Part shown: piece by piece, positions 38,901 through 47,280 of the stretch
Layout of the letters: each line of letters starts with the position of its first letter
How positions within the stretch are numbered: position 1 is the stretch's first letter
Assembly: GCA_002722885.1 (NCBI GenBank)
Contig: PBNE01000002.1
Location: forward strand, 258,278-322,277
Reading direction: 5' to 3'
Source: Rhodospirillaceae bacterium
GTDB lineage: Bacteria; Pseudomonadota; Alphaproteobacteria; SP197
DNA length: 64,000 nucleotides
Made by a program: the position numbers and the translations under genes
The notes under the pieces: model-generated
What the model saw: only the letters and a program-made list of their open reading frames with translations
Database searches by the model: none
Told to the model about the DNA's origin: nothing

Positions 38901-40818
38901 GCGCGAAGGTCTCGTGGAAGCGCTGGCGCGCTTCACTGACATCGACCTCCCAGTCGAACTCCAGGTTCACATGGAAGTCGTGGATCCAGACGATCTCGCC
39001 GTCATCGAGCCTGATCTCGAACGGCGTTTCCTCGATCACCACAAGGCCCATGTGCTCGAGCATCGGCATGATGCTCGACAGCGGCACAGGGTTGCCGCCG
39101 TGGTAGATCTTGAAATTCAACATGCCCTCTTCGGCATCGACGCGGCGATAGAGATTCATGTTGATGCCCTCGCCCATCTTCTCCATGCGCTCGATATCGG
39201 CCACGGCCAGGCGCGCGCTGAAGGAATCCTTGTAGCTGGCGGGAATGCCCTCGGCGTAACGGTGGTAGAGCACCATGCCCTGGCCTTCGCCGAACTCGTC
39301 GATCAGGGCGTCCTGCAGGTCGTCGTTCCAGTCGCGCGAGGCGGCGACCAGCCGGCCCTCGATCGCGCGCACATCAACCTCGGCCGCCGAACCGCCCGGC
39401 GTGTGCACGATGAACTGAGCCCGCGCCATCGGCGCATCGGAGATCTGTGTCGTCACATCAACCGAACTGCCGCCCAGCTCTTCGAGCAAGATATGTTCCA
39501 TGCGTGTGCGCAGGTCCGTCGTGTAACGGTCGCGCGGGACGAACACGAGGCAGGTGACAAACTGGCCGTAGGAATCGCGGCGCATGAAGAGCCGGATGCG
39601 CTGGCGGTGCTCCAGGTGAAGGATGCCGTGGGTGATCTCTTCCAGGGTGTCGATGTCGATCTGGAAAAGCTCGTCACGCGGATAGGTGTCGAGGATGTGC
39701 TCCAGCGCCTTGGCGTTGTGGCTGCCGTGAGGATAACCCGACCGCTCGATGACGGTGGCGACCTTGCGCCGCAGCAGCGGAATCTGGGCCGGAAGTGCGC
39801 TGTACGCGGTCGAGGTCAGCAGGCCCAGGAAACGGCGCTCGCCCACCACGTTGCCGTCGCCGTCGAAGCGGCGCACGCCGATGTAATCCATATAGACCGG
39901 GCGGTGCACATCGGACCGGGTCCAGGCCTTGGAGATGATGAAGAGCTCTTTGCGCTCAATATAGCTCGCGAAGTGATCGGGCAGCGCCTCACCGTGGCGC
40001 TTGCGGCTTTCCTCGGACACCTCACGCAGAATCCCGAGGTTCTTGTCCACGACGATCTCGGCATAGACCCCGTCGTCGCGCCGGTCGTAGACGTATTCGC
40101 GGTGGCCCAGGAAGGTGAAGTGGTTGTTCTGGAGCCATTCGAGGAAATCGAGCCCTTCGGTGAAGTCCTCCTCGGCCACCGGCGGCGGTGACGCGCGGAG
40201 CTCGTCGATCTGGGCTTCGAGCTCGGCCATCATCTGATGCCAGTCCTCGACCGACGCGCTCACGCTGCCCAGCACCTCGTTCAGCCGGGCCTCGATCTCA
40301 TTGTGTCGGTCACCACCGGGCTGCTGGGTGATCTCGACATGGAGCACCGATTCAGCGGCCATGCCGTCGGTCGCCTCATCGCCGGTCGCCAGGGCTTCGA
40401 CCAGGCCGGTGTCGGAGCGGGTGACATGGATGATCGGGTGCACCAGGTTCAGCACCGGCAGGGCCATGACGTTGAGTGCGGAGACCACGGAATCAACCAG
40501 GAACGGCATGTCGTCGTTCACGATCTCGATTGCCGTGTGGGTCGACTGCCAGCCGTCCTGTTCGAGATCGGGGTTGTAGACCCGGATCTTCGGGCCCGCG
40601 GATTTGCGCTGCTTCAGGAACTGCCAGAGCGAGGCCACCGCGCCATAGAGGTTCTCGATGGTCTCGTGTTCGACATCCTCGACGATGACATCGGCAAAAT
40701 ACGAACGTGTAAACGAACAGACTCCGCCCGCATCGTCACCGAACCGGACCCTGATCAGGTCCAGAACCTCGCTCACCCGTTTGTCGAGCAGGTCCTGATC
40801 ACGCCGTCGCATCGCCAC
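35998..40818 (-). CDS. gdhB: Large NAD-specific glutamate dehydrogenase
   Basis: 1606 aa; DDMPFLVDS, ARGGIRWSDRREDFRTE, VKNAVIVPVGSKGGF, DPYLVVAADKGTATFSD, DNSAGVDCSDHEVN. Confidence 0.96.
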   Translation of the reverse strand: MAMRRRDQDLLDKRVSEVLDLIRVRFGDDAGGVCSFTRSYFADVIVEDVEHETIENLYGAVASLWQFLKQRKSAGPKIRVYNPDLEQDGWQSTHTAIEIVNDDMPFLVDSVVSALNVMALPVLNLVHPIIHVTRSDTGLVEALATGDEATDGMAAESVLHVEITQQPGGDRHNEIEARLNEVLGSVSASVEDWHQMMAELEAQIDELRASPPPVAEEDFTEGLDFLEWLQNNHFTFLGHREYVYDRRDDGVYAEIVVDKNLGILREVSEESRKRHGEALPDHFASYIERKELFIISKAWTRSDVHRPVYMDYIGVRRFDGDGNVVGERRFLGLLTSTAYSALPAQIPLLRRKVATVIERSGYPHGSHNAKALEHILDTYPRDELFQIDIDTLEEITHGILHLEHRQRIRLFMRRDSYGQFVTCLVFVPRDRYTTDLRTRMEHILLEELGGSSVDVTTQISDAPMARAQFIVHTPGGSAAEVDVRAIEGRLVAASRDWNDDLQDALIDEFGEGQGMVLYHRYAEGIPASYKDSFSARLAVADIERMEKMGEGINMNLYRRVDAEEGMLNFKIYHGGNPVPLSSIMPMLEHMGLVVIEETPFEIRLDDGEIVWIHDFHVNLEFDWEVDVSEARQRFHETFARVWSGEIEDDDFNDLVLAGLDWRQVVVLRAYAKYMTQANAPFSQTYVEQTLAANPVIARLLVELFMIRFDPDNRADVEGRSAAVQERIAAALDEVASLDQDRILRRYLNLIEASLRTNFFQTGEDGGPKSYVSFKFDSTTIEGLPEPRPWREIFVYSSRVEAVHLRGGPVARGGIRWSDRREDFRTEVLGLVKAQMVKNAVIVPVGSKGGFVVKKPPTEGGREAFQAEGIACYQTFMAGMLDITDNIVGGEIVQRERAVRYDSDDPYLVVAADKGTATFSDIANGVARDYGHWLDDAFASGGSAGYDHKAMGITAKGAWEAVKRHFRELGKDIQSQDFTVIGVGDMMGDVFGNGMLLSEHIRLLGAFNHLHIFCDPDPDAATSYAERKRMLELPRSSWTDYDASLISEGGAIFERSAKSLTLSPQIQSCFGIKKETVTPTELINAMLKADVELLWNGGIGTYFKAGHESHAEVGDRANDGLRVDGREVGAKVVGEGGNLGATQAGRIEYALAGGRINTDAIDNSAGVDCSDHEVNIKILLGDVVEAGDMTIKQRDRLLEEMTDEVSDLVLRDNYLQTQTLTVLETHGVTRTDEQAHFMRAIEQAGLLDRTIEGLPEDEELADWATKRRRFTRPELSVLLAYAKMDLYPALLDSDLPDDPDLEGDLVRYFPVPLQETFHQIIMNHRLRREIVATFTTNSIVNRAGITFIRRMAEQTGHGFAAIARAYAVARDAFGLRDTWLAIEALDNKVPASVQTAMLEETMLLIERVTAWMLRNRSQPMAMGETVAAYRPAVVALQEKLPELVSTRRRQSMQRAAKRYEKDGVPAETAALIASLRTMSAVCDVIDTAEAMEVDVIDVATIFFDVGEELGNEWLRDMLGRLAVEDRWDRLAQQALIEESFQQQTLLTTAVLEAQSGKSADKAVGHWIGDNRTRVDRASAVLNELKSAGPVDLAMVSVASRALRSLAG

Positions 40819-40993
40819 ATCTCCCTCAGACGTGGCAAAACCCTATGGCGCAATCCGCGGCAGGGCCATGGCCCTGACCTCAAAAAAACCGATGGCAGGG
40901 GCCGTTCTTTTGGCATCGTCGTTTCCGCTGGCGGTCCCCGTGCCGCCGTGCAAGATGGCGCCACGTTTACCACCAGCGACGGGTTCGCCGCCC

Positions 40994-42247
40994 ATGCCCT
41001 TTTCACTCCTGAAGTTCGGTCTCAGAAAGGACGGCAGGCCGCCCCGTGCACTGCCCACGCCCAGCGCGCTGAAACCCAGCTACGACGTCGTGATCATCGG
41101 CGGCGGCGGTCATGGTCTCGCCACGGCCTATTACCTGGCGCGCGACTGGGGTATCACCAATGTCGCGGTGCTGGAGAAGGGCTACATCGGCGGCGGCAAC
41201 ACCGGGCGCAACACCATGGTGATCCGCTCGAACTACCTGACACCCGACGGCGTGCGCTTCTACGACACCTCGTTGCGGCTCTACCGCGATCTGGCCCATG
41301 ACTTCGATCTGAACCTGATGCTCAGCCAGCGGGCCCAGATCACGCTGGCCCACAACGACAGCCAAATGCGCACCATGCGCTGGCGTGACGAGGTCAGTCA
41401 TCATTTCGGCATCGCCAGCGATCTGGTCGACCGCGACGAGCTCACGAAACTCGTCCCGTCCATGAACCTCAGCGACGATGTGCGTTTTCCGGTGCACGGC
41501 GCGCTGGTCCATCACCCCGGCTCGATAGCCCGCCATGACGCGGTGGCCTGGGGTTACGCCTCGGGCGCCTGGCAGCGCGGCGTGGAGATCCACCAGAACA
41601 CCACCGTCACCGGCCTCGAGATCGAAGGGGCCAACGGCTCACGCACGGTGACTGGCGTCAGGACGAACCGTGGCACGATCAAGGCAGGCAAGGTGATCCA
41701 GTGTGTCGCGGGCATGTCGGGCGAGGTCGCGCGGATGGCGGGTATCAAGCTGCCGATCAAGACCTACCCGCTGCAGGCCGGCGTGACCCAGCCGCTCAAG
41801 CGTTTCCTGGACCCGATGATCTCAAGCGCCCAGCACCACGTCTATCTGAGCCAGACCAGCCGCGGCGAAGTGGTGATCGGCGGCGGAAGCGACCCCTACA
41901 CGCTCTACAGCACCCGCTCGACTCTGGATATGAAGGAAGCCTGGATGGTCGGCACCCTCGAGCTCTTCCCCTTCCTGGCCGAGGTCAAGATGCTGCGCCA
42001 GTGGGCCGGCATGACCGACATGACGCCCGACTACAGCCCGATCATGGGCAAGTCCGACGTCGCCAACTACTACCTCGACGCCGGCTGGGGCACCTGGGGC
42101 TTCAAGGCCACCCCGGTCTGCGGCAAAACCAACGCCGAGCTCATCGCCAACGACAAAACCCCGGACCTGATCAAGGCGTTCGGTCTGGAGCGATTTAACA
42201 CGTTCAGCCTGCTGGATGACAAGGCGGCGACGGCGGCGAGTCATTAG
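40994..42247 (+). CDS. Second, stand-alone MgdA/SoxB-type flavoprotein subunit
   Basis: MPFSLLKFGL...GGGGHGLATAYYLA...GWGTWGFKATP; colinear with 7138-8394 over its full length. Confidence 0.9.
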   Translation: MPFSLLKFGLRKDGRPPRALPTPSALKPSYDVVIIGGGGHGLATAYYLARDWGITNVAVLEKGYIGGGNTGRNTMVIRSNYLTPDGVRFYDTSLRLYRDLAHDFDLNLMLSQRAQITLAHNDSQMRTMRWRDEVSHHFGIASDLVDRDELTKLVPSMNLSDDVRFPVHGALVHHPGSIARHDAVAWGYASGAWQRGVEIHQNTTVTGLEIEGANGSRTVTGVRTNRGTIKAGKVIQCVAGMSGEVARMAGIKLPIKTYPLQAGVTQPLKRFLDPMISSAQHHVYLSQTSRGEVVIGGGSDPYTLYSTRSTLDMKEAWMVGTLELFPFLAEVKMLRQWAGMTDMTPDYSPIMGKSDVANYYLDAGWGTWGFKATPVCGKTNAELIANDKTPDLIKAFGLERFNTFSLLDDKAATAASH

Positions 42248-42252
42248 AATCA

Positions 42253-42286
42253 GAAAGAGCCCAACGCGTTGGCACCGGGCTCTTTC
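42253..42286. terminator. Probable bidirectional intrinsic terminator
   Basis: GAAAGAGCCC...GGGCTCTTTC inverted repeat between convergent genes. Confidence 0.7.
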
Positions 42287-42312
42287 GTCAGATCAAACCT
42301 GATCGCGTACGG

Positions 42313-42516
42313 TTACGCAGGCGAGAGGTTGCCGGCGGCGGGCTTGCCGCGCTGCATGTCGATCTCGAAGTTCACCTTGTCGCCTTCCTGGAGGGTCGGC
42401 ATGCCGGCGGCCTCGACGGCCGTAGCGTGGACGAAGACGTCCTTGCCGCCATCAGCCGGCTGGATGAAGCCGAAGCCTCGGGTGGTGTCGAAAAACTTAA
42501 CAGTTCCGGTGGCCAT
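42313..42516 (-). CDS. Cold-shock protein
   Basis: MATGTVKFF, RGFGFI, DVFVH RNP motifs; GGGAG RBS. Confidence 0.95.
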   Translation of the reverse strand: MATGTVKFFDTTRGFGFIQPADGGKDVFVHATAVEAAGMPTLQEGDKVNFEIDMQRGKPAAGNLSPA

Positions 42517-42693
42517 GGTTGTGGCTCCCTTTTCTTACAAATCACGCCAACATCGGCGTTGAGCCCGCACGACCATCGCGCAGACCCGGTATCCGAAATT
42601 CAGCGTTGTCTTGGAGAGAGAGCCCTTCCGCACACCCGTTGTCGGGGGGAAGGCGCAGGCACAGCAAGCCAGGCGTTCGTTCGAACAGAGCGG

Positions 42694-42722
42694 CATATGA
42701 GGCCTTAAGCCTGTCATTGCAA
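42694..42722 (-). promoter_or_regulatory. Candidate sigma70 promoter of the cold-shock gene, implying a ~170-nt 5' UTR
   Basis: Minus strand cTTGCAA-N17-CATATG. Confidence 0.5.
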
Positions 42723-42850
42723 GGGAAACCTCGCCGGGCAAGGCGGCGCACTTCAGGCCAACAGTCTCGCGGGGATGTCATGTCAGCGGTTGTGGACCGG
42801 CTTGGCGGACTCTGAAATCATGGCTGCGGCAACCAGCTTCAGACACCGCC

Positions 42851-43272
42851 ATGCGCTTTCTTCCCCGCCTATCCCACCGTGCGATCCGCAAGGGCAGCCT
42901 GACGCTGAGCGCGCCCGGCTTCGGGCCGGAGACCTTCGGCAGTAAGCCCGGCCGGCTGGCGCCTCCCTGCCGACGCGCACGCTGACAATCGTGTCGGCGT
43001 CGACCTCGCTCTTCTCGCTGCAGTCGGGCGATCTCCTGCCGGTACCGCTGAACGGATCGGTGGTCGACGTGCCCCTGTTCCTGGCTCACGATCAGGGTAC
43101 GGCCGCCACGGCGTCGCTGGCCGATGCCGCCGGGATGACCTGGGCCTTCGCCGAGGACGGCCTGCGCTTCGAGCTCGACGGCTTTGTTCTCGAGCCCGCC
43201 GATCCCGGCGCGACCATGACCTTCACCACATCGGGAATCGTGCTCAACGGTTTCGCGTTGATGCCGCTCTGA
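42851..43272 (+). pseudogene. Mosaic of gene fragments (cyclopropane fatty acid synthase-like N-terminus, then an unidentified C-terminal fragment)
   Basis: 42851-42985 MRFLPRLSHRAIRKGSLTLSAPGFGPETFGSKPG... resembles Cfa N-termini; 42991-43272 is a coding-like 93-aa frame without a clear RBS. Confidence 0.35.
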
Positions 43273-43316
43273 TCCCCTCTTGCTAGTCTGGTCCCGGTCA
43301 ACAGGAACAGACGGCT

Positions 43317-44219
43317 ATGACATCCTCCAAAGCACGACCCAGGGTTGGTCTCCTGGGCCTGGGCAACATGGGTTCGGCCCTGGCCGACCGACTGATCGCC
43401 GGCAGCATGCCGCTGACCCTGTGGAACCGCTTCCCCGACAAGGCCCAGGCCTATCAGGAGAAGGGTGCGGCAGTGGTCAAAGGCGCCCTCGATGCGGCAG
43501 TGGTCTGCGACACTCTGCTGGTTTGCCTGCGCGATCACGCCGCGACCCGGGACACGGTGATGACGTGGGCCATGGCCGACGCGCTCAAAGGCAAGACCCT
43601 GGTTGAGCTGACGAGCATGACGGCTGCGCACTCCCGGTCCCTCGACGCCTGGGCAGAGAACAGCGGCATCGCCTATCTCGAAGGCCAGATTCAGGATTAC
43701 CCCGCCACGGTGCGCGCCGGAACGGCGACGCTGATCTGTGCCGGACCGAAGGCCGTGTTTGAGCGTTGTCGCCCGGTTCTGGAAACCCTGACCGAAAGAA
43801 CAGTGTTCACGTCGGAGGTGATCGACACCGCGCCGACCCTGGTGAACGTCCAGCTCGCCTTTTCCTTCATGGCCTACGCCGGCGTGCTGCACGGTGTCGC
43901 CGTGTGCCAGGAGGCCGGTGTACCGGTCGAACGGTTCCTCGAAACCATGGTGCGGGACAACATGACGACGGGGCCGATGGCCGACGATCTCGAGATCATG
44001 GGCCGCGCCGCCGACACACGCGCGTTCGACGACGACGTCGGTGCGACCATGGAGATCTGGCAGGCTTCGCTTGAGGAGATCATCCGCGAAGGCCGGGAGA
44101 CCGGTATCACCACAAGCCATCTCGAAGCCGTCAGCACCCTCATGACCCGCGACCACGCGCTGGGCCACGACGGTCATGATATGGCTGGCCTGATCGACGC
44201 GATTCGGCCCGGCACATGA
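43317..44219 (+). CDS. NAD(P)-dependent oxidoreductase, imine reductase/beta-hydroxyacid dehydrogenase family
   Basis: GLLGLGNMGSALA, LWNRFPDKA, LVELTS, YLEGQIQDYP. Confidence 0.8.
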   Translation: MTSSKARPRVGLLGLGNMGSALADRLIAGSMPLTLWNRFPDKAQAYQEKGAAVVKGALDAAVVCDTLLVCLRDHAATRDTVMTWAMADALKGKTLVELTSMTAAHSRSLDAWAENSGIAYLEGQIQDYPATVRAGTATLICAGPKAVFERCRPVLETLTERTVFTSEVIDTAPTLVNVQLAFSFMAYAGVLHGVAVCQEAGVPVERFLETMVRDNMTTGPMADDLEIMGRAADTRAFDDDVGATMEIWQASLEEIIREGRETGITTSHLEAVSTLMTRDHALGHDGHDMAGLIDAIRPGT

Positions 44220-44249
44220 GCGCAAATCACCGGATTCGATAAGGAATCG

Positions 44250-44585
44250 TCAGAGAATCGGCGAGTCCGGCTGCCAGAGACCGGCCGAATCGTCGATTTC
44301 AAGAATCCAGAGGTCCGGGTCGTAGCCTGTCTGACGGTCGAGATAGGTGTCGGCAGCCTCCGCGGTGACGGATTCAGGCCCCAGGGGGCGAGTCCAGGCC
44401 AGTTCACCCTCCTCGTTGCGTGTCGGTGACAGGATAATCACCTGATCAGGTTCTCGAATCAGTTTGATGAGGATCATGCCGGCATCGCCGTCGCCCCGCT
44501 TGAGAACATAAAGCGGCACGGCGAGACCGTTGCAATGACGGACCTGGGCCTCAACCCAGATGGATGGCTTAAGCCTCTGATTCAC
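44250..44585 (-). CDS. DUF1491 family protein
   Basis: RLKPSIWVEA, KRGDGDAG, YLDRQTGYDPDLWILEI. Confidence 0.85.
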   Translation of the reverse strand: MNQRLKPSIWVEAQVRHCNGLAVPLYVLKRGDGDAGMILIKLIREPDQVIILSPTRNEEGELAWTRPLGPESVTAEAADTYLDRQTGYDPDLWILEIDDSAGLWQPDSPIL

Positions 44586-44943
44586 AACAGGTTTCTATCC
44601 TTCTCGGGAGACTCCTCAAGGCCTCCTCATCGGGCAGCCTATCAAACTGCAGACACAGATGCAGAGCCGATCTGTCGCCTTGGGAGCGTGAGCGGCGCGA
44701 AACTGCAGAACACACCACATTCATCTCAGTCTGGATCACAGGGCATGATTGTTTTGAGCGTGTTTTGCTCCCGATGCAAAGCCGCCTACCGGCCAGGAGG
44801 TAGCCCAGCATTCCCAGGTCCGGATTGCGATTCCCCAAATCGCTGAGCGGGCTCAAGCGCAACGAGCCCGCCCACAGGGACCACCCGACTTCCCGTTGGC
44901 GCATGTGAGCGCATTGTCGACGGCTCTTGTCTCGCAGCACTAA

Positions 44944-44978
44944 GCCCACTGCGGCTGTCCTCAACAGCCGCAGTGGGC
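44944..44978. repeat. Perfect 15-bp inverted repeat (hairpin) downstream of the MFS gene
   Basis: GCCCACTGCGGCTGT-cctca-ACAGCCGCAGTGGGC. Confidence 0.75.
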
Positions 44979-45027
44979 GCTGCTCTTCGTGTTCCATGAA
45001 GCGGTGACGAACAGCGACCGGCCGCGA

Positions 45028-46260
45028 TCAGGACTGTGGGCCTTGTGAGCCGGTCTTGGGCCGCCCTGCGACGACCAAGACCGAGGCGACCAGGAGCAGC
45101 AACACCGATCCGCCGAAGGCTGCGCCATAACCCAGGACGTCCGCAGCCGCGCCGATCAGTCCGGGGCCGAAGGCATATGTGAACTGGCAGATCGCCACAA
45201 TCACAGCCATGGCGCGAGCAAAGTCGGCGCGAGTGAACTCGACATGGGCGATCAACCCGTAGAGCGTGACCTGATTGCCCACGCCCAGGCCGAACAGCAT
45301 CCAGCCCGCACCCTGGCCCCAGGGCCCATCGGTCACGATCACCACGGCGAGACCGGCCGCCTGGACCGCGAAGTTCACCGCACCGGCCCGGCGGCGGTCG
45401 ATTCGGTCGATGATCATCCCGGTCCCGACCCGGCCCGTGACCGCCATGATGCCGGTCAGCGACATGATCAGCGCGACCGTGCCCTCGCTCATATCGATGA
45501 TCAGAAACCGGAACTGATGGGTCAGCACACCGACCTGCACGAACAGGGCAACGGCAAAGGGCAGCGCAATCGACCAGACCTGCCAGCTCTTGAGCAGAGC
45601 GCGTTTGCTGCGCGCTTCGGCAGGCTCCTCCTTTGCTGCGGGATCTGCAGCGCCGCCGTCGGGCGCCAGGCCCATCGCGGCAGGGCTGTGATGGAGCACA
45701 AGCCAGGCGAACACGCCCAGGGTGGCCAGCATCAATCCGGTCGTCAGCACAATGGCGGTCACGGGGCCATAGAAGCCGGCCAGCAGAACGATCACCGGTG
45801 CGATCACAACACTGCCCATGCTGGCACCGTTGAGTGAAAGCGACACCACGAAACCGCGCCGTTTCTGGAACCAGGGGGCGAGCACGATGTTGACACCGGC
45901 GGTGCCGAGAAAAGCCCAGCCCGGTGCCATGACTAGAAAGGCCAGCCACATCTGCCAGGGCTCGGTGAGCAGCGGCATGGCGAGCGGACCGATGGCGATG
46001 GCGACCATGCCGATGAGACAGGCGCGTCGATGGCCCAGGCACTTGAACACATCGGCCGAGAACACGACGACACCAGCGCTGACAGCATAAAACACCGTAA
46101 CCGCAAGCGAGACTTCGGCCAGATCCCAGCCATGCTTTTCGGTCAGCCAGCCGAGATAGATCGCCGAGCCGTAGAAACCGAAACCCCAGGCGAAGAGCGC
46201 CATCAGGAACCCGGTCCAGGCGACCCACCAGCCAAAGAAGACCCGGTTGACAGCGGTCAT
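45028..46260 (-). CDS. MFS transporter
   Basis: FFGWWVAW, WGFGFYG, PWFQKRRG, IDRIDRR; about 12 TM; ATGA overlap with the upstream DMT gene. Confidence 0.9.
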   Translation of the reverse strand: MTAVNRVFFGWWVAWTGFLMALFAWGFGFYGSAIYLGWLTEKHGWDLAEVSLAVTVFYAVSAGVVVFSADVFKCLGHRRACLIGMVAIAIGPLAMPLLTEPWQMWLAFLVMAPGWAFLGTAGVNIVLAPWFQKRRGFVVSLSLNGASMGSVVIAPVIVLLAGFYGPVTAIVLTTGLMLATLGVFAWLVLHHSPAAMGLAPDGGAADPAAKEEPAEARSKRALLKSWQVWSIALPFAVALFVQVGVLTHQFRFLIIDMSEGTVALIMSLTGIMAVTGRVGTGMIIDRIDRRRAGAVNFAVQAAGLAVVIVTDGPWGQGAGWMLFGLGVGNQVTLYGLIAHVEFTRADFARAMAVIVAICQFTYAFGPGLIGAAADVLGYGAAFGGSVLLLLVASVLVVAGRPKTGSQGPQS

Positions 46261-47177
46261 GATGATCGCGAGGCTCGCCAGCGAAGGAGCAGCCGCCCGT
46301 CGATGGCAACCAGCCCGACGCCGATCAGGACCATGCCGACAAGCTGTTCGATACTGACGGGTTCGGACAGGAACAGCACACCGAGCACAATGGCGCTGGG
46401 CGGCACCAGCAGGGTGACCAGCATGACATTGCTGCCACCGGCCCGCTGGAGGATAGCAAAGAACATGACATAAGCGAGCGAGGTGCAGAGAACACCGATC
46501 GCAACCAGCGCGAGCCAGACTGTGGTCGACGGCATCTGCAGTGTCCAGGGCTGGTCGATCAGGGCCGCGGCCGGCAACAGCAGCAGCATCGAACAGCTTG
46601 CCTGGCCCGTCGCCGCGCTGATCGGCGGCAGGTGGCGCAGGCGACGGCCCCAGAGCCCCGCCGCGGCATAGGACATCGCCGCACACAGCAGCAGCGCCGC
46701 ACCCAGAAGCTGGTCTTCCACACGGCCCAGGATCGAGGGGCCGAGCAACACGCCGACGCCGAGAACACCGAGCAGTACACCGACCAGCCGATTGGGCGTG
46801 AGCTTTTCGTCGGAGGTCAGGAAGTGGGCGGCGATCACGCCGAAGACCGGGGTGGTTGCGTTTAGCACACCCGCCATGCCTCCGGTGACCCAAACCTGGC
46901 CCGTCACGATCAGGCTGAACGGCAGCGCATTGTTAAGCAGACCCATGACCAGCAGGTCACGCCAGGTCGCGCCATCACGCGGCAGCGCGGGCCGAGTGAT
47001 CAGCACGAGCACCCAGAGCCCCGCAGCACCGAACACCATGCGGGCGGCCACGATCGTGACCGGCAGCAGTTCGGCGAGGGCGACCTCGGCCAGGAAAAAG
47101 GATGCGCCCCAAACGATGGAGAGCAGAACCAACAGAACCCAGGCGGTGGTATCAAGAGCGGGGGCACGGGCGGACAT
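46257..47177 (-). CDS. DMT/EamA family transporter
   Basis: WGASF, GLLNNALPF, LNATTP, VTLLVP, FLSEP; start ATG 47177. Confidence 0.9.
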   Translation of the reverse strand: MSARAPALDTTAWVLLVLLSIVWGASFFLAEVALAELLPVTIVAARMVFGAAGLWVLVLITRPALPRDGATWRDLLVMGLLNNALPFSLIVTGQVWVTGGMAGVLNATTPVFGVIAAHFLTSDEKLTPNRLVGVLLGVLGVGVLLGPSILGRVEDQLLGAALLLCAAMSYAAAGLWGRRLRHLPPISAATGQASCSMLLLLPAAALIDQPWTLQMPSTTVWLALVAIGVLCTSLAYVMFFAILQRAGGSNVMLVTLLVPPSAIVLGVLFLSEPVSIEQLVGMVLIGVGLVAIDGRLLLRWRASRSS

Positions 47178-47280
47178 GGTGCGGACTATTGCCGGATGCG
47201 GTTGCCCTGTCATTCCGCTTCTTGCGCTCGTAGCTCCAGCCGCTAGTGTGCGTCTCTCAAGTTGTCCGACAGGTTCTCCG

